A stretch of 64,000 nucleotides of DNA from Octopus vulgaris (lineage: Eukaryota). The stretch's first letter is position 1; the number at the start of each line of letters is the position of its first letter. The translations under genes were made by a program, and so were the position numbers. Of this stretch, positions 55,951 through 64,000 are shown piece by piece. The notes under the pieces are model-generated. The model was not told the origin of the DNA. It was given only the letters and a program-made list of their open reading frames with translations, and searched no databases. The DNA lies in NCBI GenBank assembly GCA_951406725.2, contig OX597825.1, forward strand, positions 11,532,001 to 11,596,000. The letters run 5' to 3'.

Positions 55951-56902
55951 CATATATATATATTACCAGCATATTATAAATATGTGTATGTGTATGTGTG
56001 CATATTTCTTTGTGTGTGTATATATTTGGAATTTCCTTTTATGCTGCATAGAAAGTTCGTTGGTTAAATTTGTGTCTTGACTGTTTTTTATGTATTGAAT
56101 AACGAAGAAAAAAGTTTGAAAATCAATACAATTGAAATTGAATTGATGAAGATTTATTTCATCGAGACTTGATCGATTTTTTTGGAAAGAAGACCACAAG
56201 AAATAAGATTTTTTTATTGCTTGTTTAATTGTCCTGGAAAATAAAAAAAAACAAACATACTTTTAAAAGTATGCAATCAACGAAAAAGATTTCATTAAAA
56301 TATTTCTTTCGAAAACAATTTTTAAGCATCGGGAGTAATATTTATTGTATTTTATAAATAACTCTATATACGTATTGCCAAATATACGGCTTTTATAACA
56401 AGTTTAAAGTATCGGAATTTCTGATTTAAAATCTAACAAAACTAGAATCATTGTTATTTCAGTTGATTCAACTGGAATTTTGTTGTCGCTTATTAGATTA
56501 AAAATATCTATTTACAATATGAAAAAAAAAAAAAAACTATTATTTTTTCCCCAACATTAAATAAGAGAGCTAGAAATTCCAAATGGCTAACAACATTATT
56601 CTTCATTTAATTTCCTAATGGAAAATAAATGTCAGTTAACGATAAAATTATGACTGTTGGGTTCCTTATTTACTTTCCCTCTTTTTCTTTCCTTATATAA
56701 TAAATTTATCGTCTAATTTTTATTCCGCATCACATTTGGTGAACAATAGCTTTACCAGTTACAGAGTTTAACGGACCCATCACTTGTTCATTGCAATATT
56801 GCTTGCGAGAGTGACAAAGAAATGTCTTACTCGGAGAAGAATACAGCAGAAAGACTATTTTATTACAAAGGGAAATATTAACAGATTCACCCCACGTAGA
56901 AA

Positions 56903-56941
<39 letters not shown>

Positions 56942-56943
56942 CT

Positions 56944-57335
56944 AGGCGTAGGAGTGGCTGTGTGGTAAGTAGCTTGCTTACGAACCACATGGTTCCGGGT
57001 TCAGTCCCACAGTCACATGACTGAAAGCCTTGTGAGTGGATTTGGTAGACGGAAACTGAAAGAAGCCCGTCGTATATATGTATATATGTATATATATATG
57101 TATGTATGTGCGCGTTTGTGTGTCTGTGTTTGTCCCCCCAACATCGCTCGACAACCGATGCTGGTGTGTTTACGTCCCCGTAACTTAGCGGTTCGGCAAA
57201 AAAGAGTCCGATAAAATAAGTACTAGGCTTACAAAGAATAAGTCTTGGGGCTGATTTGATCGACTAAAGGCGGTGCTCCAGCATGGCCACAGTCACATGA
57301 CTGAAACAAGTAAAAGAGTAAAAGAGTAAAGAGTA
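56944..57335 (+). mobile_element. SINE family C, full length, with an internal replacement
   Basis: GGCGTAGGAGTGGCTGTGTGGTAAG...GTTCAGTCC head and (AAAAGAGT)n tail. Confidence 0.9.
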
Positions 57336-57452
57336 TCTATACACATATATATATATTGTTGTACTCAGGGGAAGTCATATTTTGTGTATAAAATACATGC
57401 ATTTTATATTTGGTCTTCACTTCAGTTTAAATATAATCCTTTTAGTGTCTTT

Positions 57453-57495
57453 GTCTAAGCTCTTTCGTCACACATCCTGTGACCTCAACAGTGAC
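57453..57495 (-). ncRNA. Hammerhead-like motif, variant core CUGUUGA
   Basis: GUCA-CUGUUGA-G-GUCACA-GGAUG-UGUGAC-GAAA-GAGCUU-AGAC: perfect 6-bp stem II and GUC/GAC stem I, inside a ~190-bp (TA)n-flanked insert. Confidence 0.55.
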
Positions 57496-57566
57496 TCTCT
57501 ATTCCACGTGTCTCCTACTTGTTCTGCTTATCCTTCTGTCTTTCTTTGGTATATATATATAAATAA

Positions 57567-57620
<54 letters not shown>

Positions 57621-57663
57621 CTGCCTTTCTTTCGTATCCTTTAGTTATCCCTCTACAAATCTT

Positions 57664-57697
<34 letters not shown>

Positions 57698-57709
57698 ACC
57701 TCGAACCCA

Positions 57710-57910
57710 CAAGAGTAAACAAGAGAGACAGAGACAGGTAGAAACACAGAAAACTCCACTTGTATTTGGACACTTTGCAAATATTATTTTAAAAAACTTT
57801 TCCTTTAATTTTTCTGAAATTTAATTGTTTTCCATACTTACAGTTGAAAAGTCTCAATGAATGGAATGTTTAGTATAAATTTATTTTAGCATTTTCTATC
57901 CTTTTTTCCT

Positions 57911-58002
<92 letters not shown>

Positions 58003-58240
58003 AAAGGAACACACGAGTTGATATATATGAAAAAACAAGTCAAAAATAGAAAATGCTAAAATAATTTTATAGTGAACATTTCAGTACCGGTTTCGGTCAT
58101 TTTGAGACCTTTTGAACTGTAACGATTAAATAATTAAATTTAGAAAAATTAGAAGAAAAGTTTTTTTAAAGGAATATTTCTATAGTAGTGTTCAGATATA
58201 AGTAGCATTCTGCCTTTCTCTGACTCCCTTGTTTGCACTA
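57710..58240. mobile_element. Diverged inverted pair of pLTR-like units around (TA)n
   Basis: 57710-57915 (+) aligns with the reverse complement of 58030-58240; hammerhead-like motif at 58082-58119 on the minus strand. Confidence 0.65.
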
Positions 58241-58278
58241 TATATATACGTGTGAGTGCATGTATATATCTATATATA

Positions 58279-58512
58279 CATTCGTGACCAGAAGTTTGGA
58301 ACATTTGTTTTTAAAATTAAAATTGCTATGCCCGGACCCAATTCGATTCAGATATATATATACAACGTATATATTTGGGCATTTTATGTAAAAATTCTAA
58401 TTTTCAGACCCATGTCCTAAACTTTCAGCCAAGTATATTAAATATAACTTTGGGGATTTAATATAAAAATTCTAGTTTTCGGACTTGGTTTCCAAAATTT
58501 GTGTCACGACTG
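58279..58512. mobile_element. Tc1-like MITE
   Basis: TA then CATTCGTGACCAGAAGTTTGGAAC ... GTTTCCAAAATTTGTGTCACGACTG then TA. Confidence 0.7.
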
Positions 58513-58601
58513 TATATGTGAATATGTATGTGCGTGCATTTGTGTATTGCATGTTACCAGCAGCACTCAAGAGTGATTTCACATTATATATGTACATATT
58601 T

Positions 58602-58602
58602 G

Positions 58603-58674
<72 letters not shown>

Positions 58675-58698
58675 GCTAGCTAGCTAGCTGCCTGTCTG

Positions 58699-58752
<54 letters not shown>

Positions 58753-58791
58753 CATCTATCTATCCATCCATCTATCTATCCATCTTATCCA

Positions 58792-58867
<76 letters not shown>

Positions 58868-58895
58868 CATTTATCCATCCATCCATCCATCCATC

Positions 58896-58950
<55 letters not shown>

Positions 58951-58978
58951 GCTAGCTAGCTAGCTAGCTAGCTGTCTG

Positions 58979-59031
<53 letters not shown>

Positions 59032-59064
59032 TTATCCATCTATCTATCCATCCATCTATCTATC

Positions 59065-59155
<91 letters not shown>

Positions 59156-59167
59156 ATCCATCCATCC

Positions 59168-59208
<41 letters not shown>

Positions 59209-59238
59209 GCTAGCTAGCTAGCTAGCTACCTGCTTCTG

Positions 59239-59311
<73 letters not shown>

Positions 59312-59364
59312 TTATCCATCTATCTATCCATCCATCTATCTATCCATCCATCTATCTATCCATC

Positions 59365-59425
<61 letters not shown>

Positions 59426-59455
59426 CATCCATCTATCTATCTATATATATATATA
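58602..59455. repeat. (TATC)n/(CATC)n array with ~270-bp higher-order periodicity
   Basis: A (TAGC)n...TCTGTC landmark recurs near 58672, 58949 and 59206. Confidence 0.9.
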
Positions 59456-60064
59456 TGTATATGCTAGTGAATGATACATGCCCAAACCGACAAACACATA
59501 CATGCACACACGCGCACAACACAAGCTGAAGACTTCACACATCACACACCACTATACGAAGTTGCTTTATTCCAATCCTCGAGCAATAGTAATAAATATT
59601 ATAAAGCATATTACATAGCATATAAATGTATATATAATCATGGGGCTTCAATTCAGAATGCAATTATGAATGAAATATAAATGCTTGGAGTATTCTTACG
59701 ACAGCCAGAAATAAAACGAGAACGTGAGTTGGAAACAGCCATTTTAATACGTATTGATTGCACGTTTTGAGAGAAGCGTTTCGCAACGGCTTTCATTTAA
59801 TATTTCTCAATATATTCAAAGAGGGAATTCAAGAGAGAGAAAAAAAAAAACTCGGATAACCAGTTGAAAGAGTGGGAACGTGAATTACAGCGTGCAAGCA
59901 GTTTAGGGCCTTTCAGTATTAATGTGATAAAAGATGACTCTACATTTATATATTGAGTTCTATGATTTATTACTCCCAGTTGAATTAGCAGAAATTACTA
60001 CTCACACACGCACACACACACACATCTGTGGAGTGAGTGTGTCTATAATATAACACACGGAAAA

Positions 60065-60464
60065 GGCGGCGAGCTGGCAGAAACGTTAGCACACTGGGCG
60101 AAGCTCGTAGCCGTACGTTTTGAGTTCAAATTTCGCCGAGGTCGACTTTGCCTTTCATCCTTTCGGGGTCGATAAATTAAGTACCAGTTACGCACTGGGG
60201 TCGATGTAATCGACTTAATCCGTTTGTCTGTCCTTGTTTGTCCTCTCTGTGTTTAGCCCCTTGTGGGTAGTAAAGAAATAGGTATTTCGTCTGCCATTAC
60301 GTTCTCAGTTCAAATTCCGCCGAGGTCGACTTTGCCTTTCATCCTTTCAGGGTCGATTAAATAAGTACCAGTTACACACTGGGGTCGATGTAATCGCCTT
60401 AATCCGTTTGTCTGTCCTTGTTTGTCCCCTCTATGTTTAGCCCCTTGTGCGCAATAAAGAAATG
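60065..60464 (+). mobile_element. SINE family A dimer with an 18-bp TSD
   Basis: AATATAAC(A/G)CACGGAAAA at 60047-64 and 60465-82; junction AAATAGGTATTTCGTCTGCC. Confidence 0.9.
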
Positions 60465-61063
60465 AATATAACGCACGGAAAATATTCAAATATGATATGG
60501 CTTTCGATTGGGTGCTGGAACCAAGTCAGTTGAAATTTGCATTAAAAAAAGAAATCATAAACCATTAAGTTGGGTAAAGGTAGACGCGGAAAACGACGGT
60601 TAATGAAAAAATTAATAATCATAAAAATTAAACACTAACAAAATCATATGTCTGTGTCTAGAATAAAACCGTACGTGCTATTAAAATTATTAAAGTTCCT
60701 TTTGCGGTTAATTTGCAACCAAAAAATATGAAACTTGAATATTTATTTAATGACATTAAATGTTACATGTATAAAGTTATTTAGTTGTAATCATGAGTAG
60801 AAAACCTGTGTACAGAATTGTATTTGCTCGGAGATGTCTGGTAGATAGTTTTTGAAATTTTATACTGAATTAAATGTGAATACAATTATGTAAATAAACA
60901 AAATACTCTAAGAAGGCAAATTTGTGTAAGCGAGACAAATGCCTATGCATTTACATAGAAGGACGCTCGGTCCTAACAGATGCTGAAGGAAGCACTCAGT
61001 TAAATGGAAGTCTGATATCGTTTACAAATTTAAATTTATTTTGTCATCATTGAGTGAAAGATT

Positions 61064-61500
61064 AAGGCAACGAGCTGGCAGAATCGTTAGCACGCTGGAT
61101 GATATGCTTAGCAGTATTTCGTCTGTCTTTACGTTCTGAGTTCGAAATCTGCCGAGGTCGACTTTGCCTTTCATCCTTTCGGGGTCGATAAATTAAGCAC
61201 CAGTTACGCACTGAGGTCAATGTAATCGACTTAATCCCTTTGTCTGTCCTTGTTTCTCCTCTCTAGGTTTAGCCCCTTGTGGGCAATAAAGAAATAAGTG
61301 TCGTTAGCACGTTGGATGATATGTTTAGCAATATTTCCGGCGTCTTTACGTTCTGATTTCAATTTCCTTTATGGTCCACTTTGGCTTTTATCCTCTCTTT
61401 TGGGACAAGATAAAACAAGTACTAGATGAGCATTGGGGGTCGAGGAAATCGATTAACTCCTTCCCCCAATTTCAAGCCATGAGCCCACGATAGAAATGAT
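61064..61500 (+). mobile_element. SINE family A followed by an older degraded family A copy
   Basis: Full unit to ~61297, then GTCGTTAGCACGTTGGATGATATG restarts a diverged unit. Confidence 0.8.
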
Positions 61501-62338
61501 AACCGGCACAGCGAGCTTTTTCTTTCGAATAACAATCACGGCAATTTTCACGCAAAAGCATAATAGTTAAGGTTTCAAGTTGAGAACCATAACAATCGTA
61601 GGACAAATTATTTCATTTTCAAGGTGACACATACTACGGTGGGCTTTGATCAAAAATGTATAAATGTACATGTTGATATAAAGGGTATAAGTTCAAGTCT
61701 CTTAGTTTGCCTTCGTCAGAAACAAAATCTCTCTCAGAGATCAACGCAGTAGTTGTACTAAGAAATGTCTGTAGCCACTTCAACATGGCTGTCCGTTAGA
61801 ACGGACTTTACTACGACTTTTTAGCTCCATGAGTACATCTCGTTTAGCTGGTTAACGATGCACAGCTGGGGTTGTTGTAACCAACATTACCCTCTCTCCC
61901 GAAAATGCTGGTCTTGAACCGGAATTTGAAACCACTCTTTCTAAGAATTGCCTTTTGGTGTCAAATTAGTTTCCTATTGGTGTCAAACAACATTATTTAT
62001 CACAAAGAAACGACTTTTAACATTTACATAGATCTCCCAAGTAAAACGTTTATTTTCATCATTTATACGGTAATAGGTAAAAATATTATACAGCTCAACT
62101 TAAAATGGAAATTCCTTTCATGCGAAATCATGTAACAAAAATATGAGACAGTTTAATTTTTGCATCGCCGACGCCAATGATATATTACTGACCAGACACC
62201 GATTCATAAATAAACATTCCTAAATTATCGTTTCATGTAGTCATAAAACATACAAAACATTAAAAAAAAGCCCCAATATTTCGCAGTATATATAGCCTGT
62301 CATTATTTTTTATTTTCAACACTAGTATGTGTTTTAAT

Positions 62339-62603
62339 GGAGGCGCAATGGTTTCGATTCCTAGACGGGGAGTTGTGTGTGTTTATTGAGCGAAAACACC
62401 GAGAAACACCACGAGGCTCCGGCAGGGGGTGGTGGTGACCCTTGTTGTACTCTTTCACCACAACTTTCACCATCTCTTCCTGTTTCTTGAGTAACGCTGC
62501 GATGGACTGGCCTCCCGTCCAGCTGGGGGGGGGGACACATACGCCACAGAAAGCGGGAAACTGGGCCCATGATCCTGGCTAGGCTTGAAAAGGGCGACGT
62601 TTT
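62339..62603 (+). mobile_element. SINE with family B head and body and a V-domain-like tail, 13-bp TSD
   Basis: TATGTGTTTTAAT at 62326-38 and 62604-16; CTGCGATGGACTGGCCTCCCGTCCAG. Confidence 0.85.
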
Positions 62604-63137
62604 TATGTGTTTTAATCATTTCCTTTCCTCTATTCCACTCTGAAATCTTACGACTACAGGCTTATCTTCTAAAAGCGGAGTCACATAAACTTCAAGAATA
62701 CACTATACATTCCACGCCAATGTTCCTGTTGGTCTTTTATCTTCTGTTTTACTTGTCTCAGTCATTAGACTGCGTTCATACTGGGGCACCGATTGAAGGC
62801 GTTTTAGTCGAACGAATCGACCATTTTTACTTCTTTTATTAGCCTGGTACTTACTGTTTCAGCTTTTTTTTTACCGAATTGCTAAGGTACGGGGACGCAA
62901 CTAACCCAGTACCGGTTGGCAAGAGGTGGTGGATGACAAACACGGACACAGACACACTCATAGACGCGCACGCACACATACATATATACATCAATCACAC
63001 ATATATATATTTCGATCGCGTATGTGCACACTCGCACACACACACACACATACATAGAGAGAGAGAGAGAGAGATAGAGAGATAGAGAGATAGATATGTG
63101 TTTATATATATATATATAAACATATAGATATAAATAT

Positions 63138-63173
<36 letters not shown>

Positions 63174-63270
63174 TATACATATATATATTTATATATATAT
63201 ATATGCATATATATATATCTATATAAATCTATGTATATATGTATGTATCTCTCTCTCTATATATATATAA

Positions 63271-63314
<44 letters not shown>

Positions 63315-63341
63315 GTATGTATGTGTGTATGTTTATATGCA

Positions 63342-63851
63342 ATCTTAGAAACATATGAACATAATTCAAATCCCAGCAAGCTTGTATTTTGCAGATGTTG
63401 CTTGAATGCAATAATTTTGCTTTAAGTAAAGAAACTTTGGAGAAAATCCACTCTTTCATAATGTTTTCTTTTCCTTTTTATTACATTTTGTCGATCGAAT
63501 TCGTCCGTTTATTCTGGGATCCTACGTGGTTGGCTGTGAAAATCGTTGTAAAGGTCAAATAAACAAAAAGAAAAGGGGAAAATTCATCCGGATGTGATCT
63601 TAGAAACTTATGAACATAGTTCAAATGGCAGCAAGCCTGCGATTGCTAGATGTTGCTTAAATGCAATAATTTCGCTTTAGCTAAAGAAAAACTGGCGAAA
63701 ATCCAGTCTTTGCAATTTGCTTTTCTTTTCTTTGTTATTACATTTTGTTGATCGAATTTGTCCATTTGTTCTGGGATCTTATGTTCTGTAATCCTATTCG
63801 AAAATCATTGTAAAAGCCAAAAAAAAAAAAAAAGGCGGAAATGCATCCGGA
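63342..63851. repeat. Diverged ~255-bp tandem duplication
   Basis: ATCTTAGAAAC(A/T)TATGAACATA...CATCCGGA occurs at 63342-63596 and 63597-63851. Confidence 0.9.
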
Positions 63852-64000
63852 CCTGCCATTGGCTGCTGTTGGAACGAATTTTCGTCTTTCTCTGCTATTC
63901 ATTATGTTTTTAAAGCAGCAAGTCCGTAAGAAATATTATTTCTGCACTAATAATTAAAGGCGCTCAGCTGGCAAAATCGACGGGCAAAATGCTTAGCGGC

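Overview
AT-rich eukaryotic DNA, dense in microsatellites and relic mobile elements. The SINE families and the (TA)n, (CATA)n, (TATC)n and (AAT)n load suggest a coleoid cephalopod, probably Octopus; this is inferred from repeat recognition, not from a search. No intact protein-coding gene is supported: nearly all listed ORFs are microsatellite read-throughs, and only weak candidate exons were seen. Identifiable content: three tRNA-headed SINE families (labelled A, B, C here), non-autonomous Helitrons including a head-to-tail pair, Tc1/mariner relics and MITEs, RTE-clade and R4/Dong-like LINE fragments, and a ~555-bp (AAT)n-associated non-coding element. The most notable feature is a set of (TA)n-associated Penelope-like terminal-repeat elements carrying hammerhead-ribozyme motifs. 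The best case is a ~1.6-kb element at 43007-44587 with ~480-560-bp inverted arms; each arm carries a complete type-I minimal hammerhead with an unusually long (55-nt) stem II. Five further hammerhead-like motifs have variant cores, and several other fold-back inverted duplications abut (TA)n tracts.
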